A program made the position numbers and the translations under genes. DNA of 64,000 nucleotides, taken from assembly GCA_013265495.1 (NCBI GenBank), contig MU058059.1, forward strand, positions 310,001 through 374,000. The letters run 5' to 3'. The notes below the pieces were generated by a model that had not been told where the DNA came from, searched no databases, and saw only the letters and a list, made by a program, of their open reading frames with translations. This stretch comes from Vicugna vicugna. Taxonomy: Eukaryota. Position 1 is the stretch's first letter; every line of letters starts with the position of its first letter. This document shows positions 52,546 to 64,000 of the stretch, in pieces.

Positions 52546-54449
52546 AACATACTTTATTCATATATTTCAAGTCATCATAATTCCATTTGACAGTGCCCTG
52601 TTCACATAAATTTATTTTGAAAGAACACCCAATAGATCTCTCTCTAAAGCATTTTGGATTCCTTGGGAGACATTACTCCTACGTATAAATCACTCCTATG
52701 TGTCTGGAGTTGTTATTTTAAAATTCTCTAATGTCATACAAACTCTACATTTATGACCATGATTTAGCAGTTGTCAAAGATTCTAAATATTATATTACTT
52801 AGTTGAGCACCCAAAAATCTGTCTTGAGCATCTATGAAAATGAGAAGTCCATTCTGTTATACTGTCTCTAAGTAGAAATGTATCTTGATTTTTTAAAATA
52901 TAGTTATTAAATTTTTAAAATTATGATTATTCATCTATAAAAAACTCAGGGTATATTAAAAAGAATGAAAAATTCAACACTATTAACATCTGTTAATTCT
53001 TCCAGAATATTTTGCCAAAAATAAAAAATTACCTTAGGATATATGAGATATCAGGTATAATGGCTGTACAGTATTCTTCTAAGCTATAATTTGTTTATAA
53101 CCAATTCATCCTCTATTGTCTGATGCAAAAACTTGTATTTTTTTAAATTTATTGTAAAAAACACTACCCAGTTGTATAAGTAATTTCTTAGGTTAACTTC
53201 AATTGGAAAACGATTAAAACTAGTTAAGAGATCAGTAAATGTTTAATTATAATCAACAGCTTTGCTATGTTCCAAGAAAGCCACATGAACATTCAAAAGA
53301 AAAACGGTCTGATCTGTAATAACAAAGTTTCTTCCCCATTTGTATGATAAAGCTTTGCTCATGTCTTAATTTGCAAAAAAGTGGTAACTTCCATTTAGAT
53401 GTGATTTTAATACCAAGTATTTAGATAAATATTGCTTTCTGATTCATTTTAAAAGGGTTTGTTTTTTAATAGAGGATTTAATCCACATCAGTAACAGTAT
53501 CTGATCATACTCTTTCATCTCATTTACAACTTGATGCTATTATTATATCACTTTTTGCCCCATTTTGCTAAAATAATAGTTTCTAAAAAGTCCTCAACCA
53601 CTAATAAGTTATGCCTACCAATTGTATTCTACTCTGGTTTCTCTGCAAACTTTGAAATGCTTGGATACTCTATCAATACCACATACAAGACAAGGCCTGG
53701 AGCAGAATTTCCCCAACACTCCTCCCACCCTGCATACAAACACACCCACAAGCACATACTCCCAGTTCCTCTCCTCCTGATTTTACAATTCAAAAAATCC
53801 TGTATTTTCCCTCCAGAAATCCTTTTTCATATTTGCACTAAACCTCACAGCCATGTTAACAATAATAACAGCCTAGACTTAATTCTGAGCTCTGATGTTA
53901 TACTGCTTACCACTACTTCTTGACACAAATCGAGGAGCCAGGCACTATTATTACCCACATATACACATCAGGAAACGGGCTTAGCAAGACTAAGTACCTT
54001 GAGGAAGACTGTGCATCTGACAAGTTGCCAAGTGGGCATGTGACCCCCAGACTGTCCTGTCCTGAGCTCGAGTTCCTCCCTGCTGGGTGGTAGCCTTTGC
54101 TCCGTGTTTAAACTCTTTGCCAACTAAATACCAGTAGCCACAGAGAGGTACTCCGTATCTGTGTGCTGACTTCTACTAAGCACTTAGTAAATATACATTT
54201 ATTTAGAACCCCTTAAAAGTAGCTAATAATTATGCCAAGGCTACTGTATCTAACAGCTGCTCTTTAAAGTCATTCACACACTGTATGCTGTAACAGTTAC
54301 CTCCAGTGACCTCTGCTATTTCATGGAAGATAAATGGAACTAGAAAACCCTAAGTAAAAAGAGAATTCTCTACTTTGGTACTATATATATAACTTTAAAC
54401 ATCCTTTTTTTTTTCCAGGAGTAGGAAAATCATAAAACCTTTCCATCAG

Positions 54450-54772
54450 AAAAAAAGACATAAATAAACTTACTTACGAGACAGAGACAGACTCACAAAC
54501 ATAGGAAACAAACCTATTACTACTGGTGGGTAACAGAAATGGGAAGGGATAAACTGGGAGTTCGAGATTTGCAGATACTAACCACTATATATAAAATAGA
54601 TGAACAAGTTTCTACTGTACAGCACAGGGAACTATATTCAATATCTTGCAGTAACCTATAACGAAAAAGAATATGAAAAGGAATATATATGTGTGTGTGC
54701 ATGACTGAAGCATATGCTGTACACCAGAAATCGACACAATGTAACTGACTATACTTCAATTAAAAGAAAAAC
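54450..54772 (+). mobile_element. 5'-truncated L1 3'UTR with imperfect TSD
   Basis: acagactcacaaacataggaaacaaac...tatacttcaattaaaagaaaaac; flanks aaaacctttccatcag (54434-54449) and aaaatcccttccatcag (54773-54789). Confidence 0.95.
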
Positions 54773-54827
54773 AAAATCCCTTCCATCAGGTTAACAATAA
54801 AACTGCAGGGGCTGCCCTCGCACTTAC

Positions 54828-54904
54828 CTGACAAAGAATTCCAAAGAACGATCAGGCTGTGCTCACAAATGAAAAGGTTTAAATTTGTGCAAATGGTAAC
54901 AGAT
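54828..54904 (-). other. Candidate non-coding exon (77 nt; alternative acceptor could extend it to 55076)
   Basis: Perfect donor CAG|gtaagt; acceptors ...cttttttctttcctgacttgaggttcaataacag| or, after a long CT tract, ...acttattttag| at 55077. Confidence 0.35.
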
Positions 54905-55924
54905 CTGTTATTGAACCTCAAGTCAGGAAAGAAAAAAGCTGAAGGACAACTTCAATTTCTATGTTAAAAGCTGGCAGCAAATCTAATTAACAAAAACACG
55001 AAGCCTCAGGCAAAGGAACTGCTATCACATTCTTTGCTAAATAAGATGAACTTCACCTTTAAAAGCTCCAACCAAGCTAAAATAAGTTATTAAACAGGAA
55101 AAAAAGAAAAAGAGAGAGAGAGAGACCAGTAAGACACGTGAAATCCAAGCCTCTTAATGCTACGGAAATCAGATCAAGGTGACAGCTTCACTTATTAGCA
55201 AGCACGTTGAAAAGTAAACACCTCCTGGTCATTGCGATGATGACGTCCCATAAATACTTGATGCAGTGTAAAATAACACCGTGCGTGTGGAAATACTCCA
55301 TAAACTATGGCCCTGCACGTGATCAGGTCAGATGCCGCTGGCAAAATATGACAACATATATGGTTCCAATTTTCAATTCAGGGCTTGGTTACCAGAACAC
55401 TTTCTGATGAGAGCGTTCATTGAAAATGCCCAGTGTGATCCGCATTATGCTCTGGGTCTTAAGGAGAACGTTCTAGCATCATCCCCATACAATGGGCCTT
55501 CAACCACATAGGGAAATGAAATTATGCACACAGAAATAAAAACGTATGGGAGGATATAAGCCAGAGCTGAACGTTGTAGGTCAGGAGAGAAAAGTTGTAG
55601 AATGCCGAGTTAGGTTTCAAAAGCAAGAGAGAACCAGGGAATTGTTTTTTTTTTTTAAAGAATGAGGGAATTTGCAGCGAGTTTTGCAGTTTGGATGGGA
55701 TTTGAAAAGGAACCAGAGCAGGTGTGGATGAAGAGGTCAACTCTGAAAGGTGCAGAGTCCGCATAAACTAGGCAACTCCTTCTAAACGGTAGCCTCTGCC
55801 TTCTCTAAAACTTTAACCAGAACTGAGCTCAACAAGATGTAAAAGAATTTCATTTAGCTCATTCTTTCTTGGTCAGTATCTTCAAGATACATGGAGAAGG
55901 GAAGACAATTATGAAAGCCAAGGA

Positions 55925-56185
55925 GGCAACATGGTAGATCAGAAAAACCACTAGCTTTGACTCCATAGGAATGAAGGCAAATTCTTACTTTTATGACCTC
56001 CAAGGAGTTAGCATTTCTCAACCTCAGTTTTCTTTTTCTTTTTTTTCTTTTAACATTTTTTTATTGAGTTATAGTCATTTTACAATGTTGTGTCAAATTC
56101 CAGTGTAGATCAACCTCAGTTTTCTTATCCATATCATGGGAGCAATGAGACTCCATTCATAAGGCTTTTTGAAAATTAAATTTTT
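55925..56185 (+). mobile_element. MIR SINE interrupted by a 75-bp L1 tip
   Basis: aacctcagttttcttatccatatcatgggagcaatgagac...cataaggctttttgaaaattaaat. Confidence 0.65.
56035..56109 (-). mobile_element. 75-bp young L1 3' tip with perfect 17-bp TSD
   Basis: T-rich tail + ttttattgagttatagtcattttacaatgttgtgtcaaattccagtgtaga; tcaacctcagttttctt at 56018-56034 and 56110-56126. Confidence 0.95.
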
Positions 56186-58092
56186 ATGGTTAAGTTTTGC
56201 TCCTTTCTCCTCACACCGCTTCTCAAAATCTAAAGAAGACCTGAGGGTTTGCTCTGAGATAGTCTGAGTGGTTTCTTGGACTTCTGTAATGAAAATGAAG
56301 TCAGATTTCTTTTCCTCCAAGCTACCCTTGGGAGCTAAATATTTTGTGATCTATCCAAATTCAACAATCTGATTAAATGGTAGGAGAAATGGGAAACCTT
56401 CCGTTGAGGTGTTTTGCCATTCTGGGTAGAATCTCTGGGCTCTGTCCTCACTTATAAGACACTCTGCTAAGACTCTGACACCAAGGTTCAGTCTGTCTAG
56501 AGTCATCCCTGTGGGCAAGGGCAGTTCGCCTGCAGAAGATACTCCGCCTTTCCTTGGCCATCAGTTTCTTTCAACTGAATTCAATTATACACTGTCTTTC
56601 TTGTTTTCAATCTCTTTTTAAGATTGCTGTGTGTCTTTGTGTGTGTGTAACGTCTGTGCACATGCAGGTGTTGCTCATTTGGTGTTTTTCAAGTTAGAAA
56701 TCTACGAGGAAGTGTCAACTGTCATCTCAGCCAGGAAGTTTCCCATGGTACTCTTTGTGAGGTCATCTGTCCCAACTTCAAGGTTTCCCTAACCCACTCT
56801 TCTCCTCTACTTAGATTAATTTCCCTTTCATTTCATGATATCCTGAACACACCCTGAAGCACTGTGCTTCCCACAGCATCTTGGTTTTTACATTCTTTCC
56901 TACATTGGCTGTGAGTTCTTGGAGGGCAGGAACCACCTGGTCCCTCTTTGTATCCTAGGTTTACTGCCTGGCATGTAACCAGGCACTCATAAGGTAAGAA
57001 CACAAGATGCCTTCTAGAAGCTAAAAAAAAGGGGGGGGGTCACCTTTTCCTTTCCCGTTTAAACAGGGAATATTATTCCATAGATCAAAAAGGACAGGTT
57101 TCCTTTATCCCTGAGTCCATGTTCTCCAAGTCACTGTGGAATAGAAGATGCCCGTCCTAGCTCTTCACAAATGGGAGCAGTTCTCCAATCCTGTGCCCAA
57201 CAGACCATGTGAGTAATTCTCTCTTGGACTCAATTCTTTCAAGTTCTTCTTTCCTTAGGCCATTGAGGGCACATTGACTCTATGCTCGCCTGTAAACCAC
57301 GCCAACTTATTTCTCCCTCCAACATCTAGGTCTCAAGAGAAAAACAACTCCAAAATTCTGCAGCCCTAAACAAAGGAAGCCTAGATGCTAGTCAAAGTAC
57401 AATTCAAAGCATTAGGCCCACGCATCCTGTTTGAGTAAGGACATGTTCTCCCTCCGGGCAAAACCCACCTGCATCTGGGCTCCTGGGCATGAACTTGAGC
57501 AGAACTATTCAGCATTTTATCGCATCAGCACAACCTTGACAAAGGCAAAATCTCTTTACCCTCTAATTCATAAAACCTCCTGATTTACACATCAGCCCTA
57601 CTTTTTAAGAGTGCCCACTGGGATAATCACAGGGGCTGTTTCACTTCCGTCTGCTTTATTTAGATAATAAGTCCCGAAGGCCAGGGACGCCCTTCCAGTT
57701 TCTATCTATAGCCCTGAATACAATATGCGTGAACAACATTTGCGAAATAATAATACTAGGTTTTACTATCTTTCAGTAACAAATCCTTTTGAACAGTCCA
57801 GGGATCAGATTAGAGTCGAGTTCTGTTTATTCTCTTCTTGAGATTTCTGTATAGATTCCCACACGACAAATTATAGGCCATGAGTACATCATTTAGAAAT
57901 TTTTCTTCTCGAGTATTTTTAACAGTGCGCTAACGGTACTTAACTCTACATTTAAACTACACAGATGGTTTCCTCTAGATCCAATGCCAAGAACTTCATT
58001 GCATTTTTTTCGAAGGGACACTCAGCCATAAGGTCTTAGTGCTTACACTGCACCAGGCACTGTGTTAAGTGCTTTACATACAAAAAAATCGA

Positions 58093-58153
58093 GAAGTATT
58101 TTAAAATACTTAAGCTGTGAAGTATTTCACAACTAAGTATTTTAAAATACTTC
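58093..58153. repeat. 61-bp nested inverted repeat
   Basis: Perfect 18-bp palindrome aagtattttaaaatactt at 58094-58111 and 58135-58152; the whole stretch also folds back around the loop gtat. Confidence 0.95.
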
Positions 58154-58769
58154 ACCACTAAGAAGATACAACTCTAGGATTTGAACACAGATTGACTCAA
58201 GAGTCCCTGGTCTTTACCACTGCATCCTCTGTGAAGCTTATACTCCACTGAGTGAGGAGGAACACTTTTTGAAAAATGGAGTCGGATCAAAAAATTCCTG
58301 AAAAAATTATTAACCTCAATTGTACTATTTTTAGTCTAAGATTTATCTGTCAGTTTTAGTTGAACACTTATTACTAATCTCTTCTAATCTCAATAATTTC
58401 ATGACATAATAAATTTTATACCAACACACAGCATTTTGTTATATGTCTATCTTTCATTAAAATTTAATGCTTTTAAAGTATAATGATGTCCTTGAAAAAT
58501 CTGTTTAGGAAAAGTAAAAATAATTGATTAGCTCAAGCTCCATAGTCACCTCTTGGCATTAAGTCCACACGCATGCGTGCCTGTCCACGCACACACAAAC
58601 TCATGTATGCCTTGCTTGTCCGCATTACTTCTTCACCTCCCTGCCTTCCTAGATTTCTAAAGGTTGTTAAAAATGACCTACTAGTTTTTCTACTGAAGAA
58701 TGATGCTTGTAATGTCTTCTGCATGTTATATTCAACCATCCAGCGAACATCTGTTGATTGCAATGTTAA

Positions 58770-59075
58770 TGGTGCTTGATACCTGTCAGTAAACAAACAG
58801 AAAACGCTCTAGCATCAGCAGACAGACAGGAAACAACTGCTGTAGTAAAAATGTAACCCGTATAGTAGGTTAGGAGGTACGATGAGCAATGGAATAAAGA
58901 AAATAGACAGAGCGGGTTAGCTGACAGAAAGCACCTGGGAATGGGCACGGAGTGGCTGGGACATCGCAGAGGGCGTCCCAGCAGGTATCGTGGGGAAAGG
59001 CCTGTCTGAGGAGAAGACAAGGGTAAGAGAAGGAGTGAGTCACGCTGCTCTACGATGGAAGTGCATCCTGGCTAG
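58770..59075 (-). mobile_element. L2 fragment
   Basis: cagtaaacaaacagaaaacgctctagc...ggggaaaggcctgtctgaggagaagaca...gaaggagtgagtcacg. Confidence 0.65.
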
Positions 59076-60174
59076 TTGAGGATATCCCCTTTACTCAAAA
59101 CTGACTGTAAAAGCTTACTCCTGGGAGTCAGAACACCCACACACGGTGCTAGAGAAAACCTTGGCAGTACAGTGAGAGTGAAAACTCGAACCGTAAAGGA
59201 CTCGACTGAGCGCTTAGCAGCCTGAGACAGTCATCATCTCTCTCCTAAAAATGGTCTCTGGCTTAGAAGCAGCTCTGACATAAGAAAGGAAAATTCACTG
59301 TGCTCTCCTCTGAAGAAAAAGAGAGGTAACTGACTCGCAACCATGAGAGCAAGAAGACAGCCAGCAAGGACCCTGGAATGGAAGCATGTAGTATTGTAAC
59401 ACTTTTTAAAAGAATCAGTAGCAATTTGGACTCACCAAAGACTAGGGCTAAGTTATATTTGTGAGTCTCAGAAGCCAGCTTCAAAACCTGCAGTCCTCGG
59501 TAACAGTGCAGAGAGATGAGAAATCGGTGGGCTCGAGAAGACCTGCCTCACTCACACATCTGTCTATGGGGCAAATTTAGATCTGCATCTAGAAAAACTT
59601 TGGATGCTGATTTTTCAAATACCCGAGCTTTAGCTACATTCTGAGCAAGCTGGCGTCAAACTTCCTGACTCAGAGTGGAGTAAGCAGATTGTTTCTAGAA
59701 ACCACGCCTAGATGACACCACACACTACATAGCAATGCACCGTGATCTGAGAAAGGACATCTGGAAGTAGAAACGAAGCAATAACTGCTCCAAAGATTTA
59801 AAAAAATTTCCTGAACCCCTGTCATTTCCCAAATTGCAAATTTCTAATTTTTGTTATTCTCATTTTTCAATTCGAGTATTATTTTCTCAAAGGCGTCACA
59901 AGTCCCCTACTAGTAAAGCTGTCCTGGCTTTATAATCTCATAGGACTTCTACCATTGTAATGAAATAGCTGATCACATAATCGTGATTTACAGCACATCT
60001 CTCCCTCTAAAACATAAGCTGTGTAAGACCAAGAATCAGCGTTGCTGGTCTTATGCCCCACTGTTTCCCCAGCACCTAGCCCCCTACCTGGATAAACAAA
60101 ATACATGATACATGTTCCTCAGATGAATGAATGATGACATCCACAAAACAGAGCTTCGAGAGCGACTATGACAT

Positions 60175-60672
60175 TGTCAACTGAAATAAAATGCGCAACC
60201 TAAAAATTGAGTTATGCTTTATTCGGCGGACTTTCTGAAAACTTGAGCCCTGGAGGAAGCCTCTCAGATCTAAGAGACTGTTCTGCCAAGGCAAGGGAGA
60301 AGCCAGGATATATAGGAGTTTTGCAACAAAGCTCAGGTAGTCAGAATAACAAAAGATAACTGTCAATTAAAGAAAAAGATATCCCAAGTTAAGGAATTTA
60401 GTGCTTTTACGTGTGTGGGAAGGTGCAAAGGTCTGAGCTCACTGAAATCATTCCTTTGATATGGACCTAGCTATGTAGGGCCAGTATCCTGTTCTTTCCC
60501 ATTCTGAGGTCCCTCTGGGTGCTCCGCTGAGGGCGGCAGCAGAGGCCGGGCTGCCTGCTTCTCTGCATCCCAAGTTCCCTCCACTCACTGGCCGGCATGG
60601 CTTAGCAGCTGATGACTTGATGGCCCAGCATCCTCTGTTTACTGATACGGCTGGTGATATTTTTCATTCAGA
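60175..60672 (-). mobile_element. ERV1 solo LTR, MER41-like (498 bp)
   Basis: 4-bp TSD acat at 60171-60174 and 60673-60676; minus strand has TATA-like CTATATATCC and AATAAA near its 3' end; resembles artiodactyl MER41-type LTRs as I recall them. Confidence 0.85.
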
Positions 60673-60974
60673 ACATAAAATGTAGTCACTTACGTTAGTG
60701 CAATGGAGCACAGGCATATGGTGAAGAAAGAAGGAAAAAAAGAGGTTTGACAAGCCAGTTGGTAAGAGATAATGAAATACCCAGAGTCCACAGAAATAAA
60801 GATAATGTGCTGATTTCAATACTTTACAGACGGACAATAGAAAAAACACTTATCTGAAGAACGGTACCTTAATTTTTCCCCAAAATTAAATTTTACGAAT
60901 TAAAATTTATTATCCATAATATTTTTAAAAGTAGCCATAATATAGGTGCTAACTTAATCATTTAAGGGAGGGTT

Positions 60975-61195
60975 TCTGAGCACAGACCCTGAGATCAAAG
61001 TGTTACGGTGGTGTCCCAGCCATGCCCCTTACTAGATGGGCAAGTTTCTTAATTTCGGTTTCCTCATCTGCAAAATTGGGTTAGTTACCATAAACTGAAC
61101 CTTCGAGTTGTACAAACATAATTACATATGTAAAATGCTTACATCAGTGCCTGCCATATGGTAAGTGGGGTGTACATCTATTATTATTGTTATTA
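60975..61195 (+). mobile_element. MIR SINE
   Basis: gggcaagtttcttaatttcggtttcctcatctgcaaaattggg...atgtaaaatgcttacatcagtgcctgccatatggtaagtg. Confidence 0.8.
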
Positions 61196-62122
61196 AGTAT
61201 ATTTTCTTAGCTAATAATGTGAACTACACAGGCTACCATGTTAATATTTAGACATTTTACCGCGAATGAAATGCTTATTTGCCATAAAAAAATCCCTGGT
61301 ACTTGGAAATTTTTTCCCCTGTTAATCAGCTTTTGATGTATCCTTTGAACACTAATTATGTTGATTTAGAGGCATTTTAAAACAGTAAATCACCTCAAAT
61401 TCTTTGTAGAAGTAGACAAGGGAAAAGTTATCTTTTATGCATTGAATGCTACTTATTATGCTTATAATTACCAAATCCATTGCAATTTTATCTTTTAAAT
61501 TAGGTTATCTAATTTTAAAATAAAGTGATTTTCTTTAAGTGTTAAATTACTAAATTACTAAAAGTTAAATTACTAAAAGTTAATTCAGCCCCCCCGTGGC
61601 CAGTTATTAAAGGAAAAATAATAAAAATACAGAAATCTTTTAAATATACTTTATAATATTCAGATTACTTCTAAGATCTGCATGGTATGTCACGGTCATT
61701 GTTTTACTCTGAACCAGGAAGGACTAAAAAAGCACAAAATTGAGCACATAGTAAGCATGCAAAAAATGTTGATTGAATGAATAAAAGGGCTGAACTAGTG
61801 AGATTTCATATGTAATAGGCCAAGGAGCTCACAGAATGACTGTAGTTTGTCACTACTAAGCTTGTAACCAATAACTGTAGCACGGTACTTGGTGTGAACA
61901 TGTAAAGAAAAACATGGAAGAAACGACAGAAGTAAAAATCATTTAAAAAATCTTCCATTGCAATCTACAACTTCTACTAGGTGAAAATATAGTGAATTAA
62001 AAGGAAACCAGAAGCAGCACATTTCCTTCATCCAACTGGGTCCACCATATTGATTTTCTCATCTAAATATGCTTCATCAACTTCGGACTGCTAATGCTTG
62101 TCTATGTATTTATTAAATAGTG

Positions 62123-62141
62123 TGGCGCCCTCTGAAAGCAA
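62123..62141 (-). promoter_or_regulatory. Possible CTCF site
   Basis: Minus strand ttgctttCAGAGGGCGCCA matches the 3' core of the CTCF motif; the 5' part is poor. Confidence 0.3.
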
Positions 62142-64000
62142 TCACAACAACCTCACAGGGGTATCAAAAGCAATAATGATGTGCTGTTTAAACTCTGCAC
62201 TGGATATGAAAATAGCACAAGCTCTGTTTACTATGCACAGGTGCACAATCCGGAAAACAAGCGGCTTTTATCTCTAACCTCATTCTGTGCTACAGTCCTG
62301 GTACAGGGTGGATGGAAGAGGGAACTGCACGAGACTAGGGTGGCAGTTCTGGAACTACTCTGACCTAGTTGTGATGAAATTCTCAGGATCAACCTTTCCT
62401 AACACTTGCTTTCCTTGCACCGCAATCTGGTCACTAGATGCATGACTCTTTCATCATGTCTTCATCCCTGTAGATGCGAACTCCCAGTTTGTTTAGGACA
62501 AGGAACTTGTTATTACACCCTCTTCCAGGGACTCAATGTTTTGTTCCTTTCCTTTTTTTCCTGCATTTTCTACCCTCTCCTAACCCCACCAATCTCACTG
62601 CAAGACCTACACCCAAGTCTACTGGCTAGGTCCACATGAGAGATATCCTAGACATGAAATATCCAGCCAAAATAGGTGGATGGATGGATTTTGAAATCTG
62701 GCAGTGTTTTAATATTTCCATACAAAAGAGTGTAGGGGATAAAGATAACTCTGTATGCTTTCCTGTATTTTGTACACAGGATCACAGTCATATTGTGGAC
62801 CATAGATTCCTCCCTCCTCCGTCCTCCCTCCTGCTGGGAGACCTACTCATGAGCTACTGCTGGATTTCTGCTATTGCCATACAACTCAATCTGTTACCAT
62901 CTTTTCTGAATTATATGGTCCTCTCACTGGACCAAATTTATTAGCGTGCTTACTCTGCTCTAATAACATTTACCAGACCATGACCAATCACTAACATGAC
63001 ACAGAAAAAGATACACAGTTACTGTTTTAAAGTGGTGGTTTAATTTTTCAGGTATGAGGGCATGGAATTACCTTTGTAGTTTCACTCCATGTAGTTTCCT
63101 GTGTACTGTAACCATAAAGGAGCCTAGCTCTCATTCTATTTTCTGCTCCTGTGATTGAGAGTAAAGGGCTCTAAGGAAAACAGGTTTTCCAGGGCTCTTA
63201 AGTCATTATTTCCTGAATAATTCTGTAGCTGAATTCACTCATACTGAAAAGTCTGCAAGTTACAAGCTCCCAAAAGTGAGCTGCCTACTCCCTATTCGTC
63301 CATGATTTTGTTTCTATTTAAGGATGTCTCTCGTTTCCCTTCAGAATCTCAAGTACAGATACAGGATGGAGGAGAAAGACGGCTAAAGAATAATTAGAAT
63401 TCAATTCCCCAAATGATCAAACACAAACTTTAGCAGCTGTTGCAACAGGGAATGTACAGAGGAGTGACTAAAATATATTGAAATAACAAAAAATTGTCTT
63501 TATAATATGGGTATTACTGTGCTTATGAGACAGTGATATTAAAAAGGAAAGACCTAGTTAAAAAGAAAGACACAGCATAGCATCCAAATACGGCAACTGG
63601 TTCACACACTTCCTGGGATTCATTTGTTTCAGACATCATTAAAGGAAGACATTCCACTTACGGTTTCACCATTCTTAATCTGAAGGAAAATTCAGTGTAT
63701 TTCTATAGCTTGACATAGCAAAATTTGCAAATCTTCATAAAGAATGAAGATTATTAAGACGTGAACTGTTGGACTATCAGAGGAAATCTGAAAGTTGTAA
63801 CATAAGCTCAAAGGCCAATTCAAGTGCAGACAAAATCTCAACCAATGGGTTAGGCCAATCCCTTAACCAACGTGAGTCTTCACTTATCCGGTGTGGAACT
63901 GCTTTCCACGCACGAGAGACAGGTCAGGGAACAGTACTGGCAGAACTCACTCTCCAAGGCTTTCCAGAGGATACTGGAGTTCCATCTTGAGGCAAACAAA

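Noticed and set aside
61538..61585. Short AT-rich tandem duplication (gttaaattactaaaa)
   Set aside because: Ordinary slippage; not a CRISPR-like or functional array.
20491..63787. Naming the host gene (considered genes with multi-exon 5'UTRs such as SGMS1 and ZBTB38)
   Set aside because: I could not match the exon sequences from memory; a BLAST search is needed.

Overview
Eutherian mammalian genomic DNA, AT-rich overall with local GC/CpG-rich patches. The youngest L1 3' ends (e.g. 56035-56109, 30741-30900) match my recollection of camelid L1, so a camel or alpaca-like artiodactyl is likely, but I could not verify this. I find no credible protein-coding gene, structured RNA gene or prokaryote-type system. 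The ORF track is explained by chance ORFs and repeat fragments. The window looks intronic: L1, L2, MIR, MaLR and ERV1 solo LTRs and hAT/Tc1-mariner relics, plus a chain of candidate short non-coding exons on the minus strand (host gene not identified). Best-supported oddities: (1) a near-perfect 521-bp tandem duplication that copies a candidate splice acceptor; (2) L1 copies whose substitutions are almost all A/T->G/C, consistent with fossil recombination hotspots (GC-biased gene conversion); (3) three 5'-inverted (twin-primed) L1 insertions, two of them back-to-back; (4) a nested palindrome replacing a MIR core; (5) a possible exon-spanning uORF. All repeat family names are from visual recognition and all alignments were done by hand.
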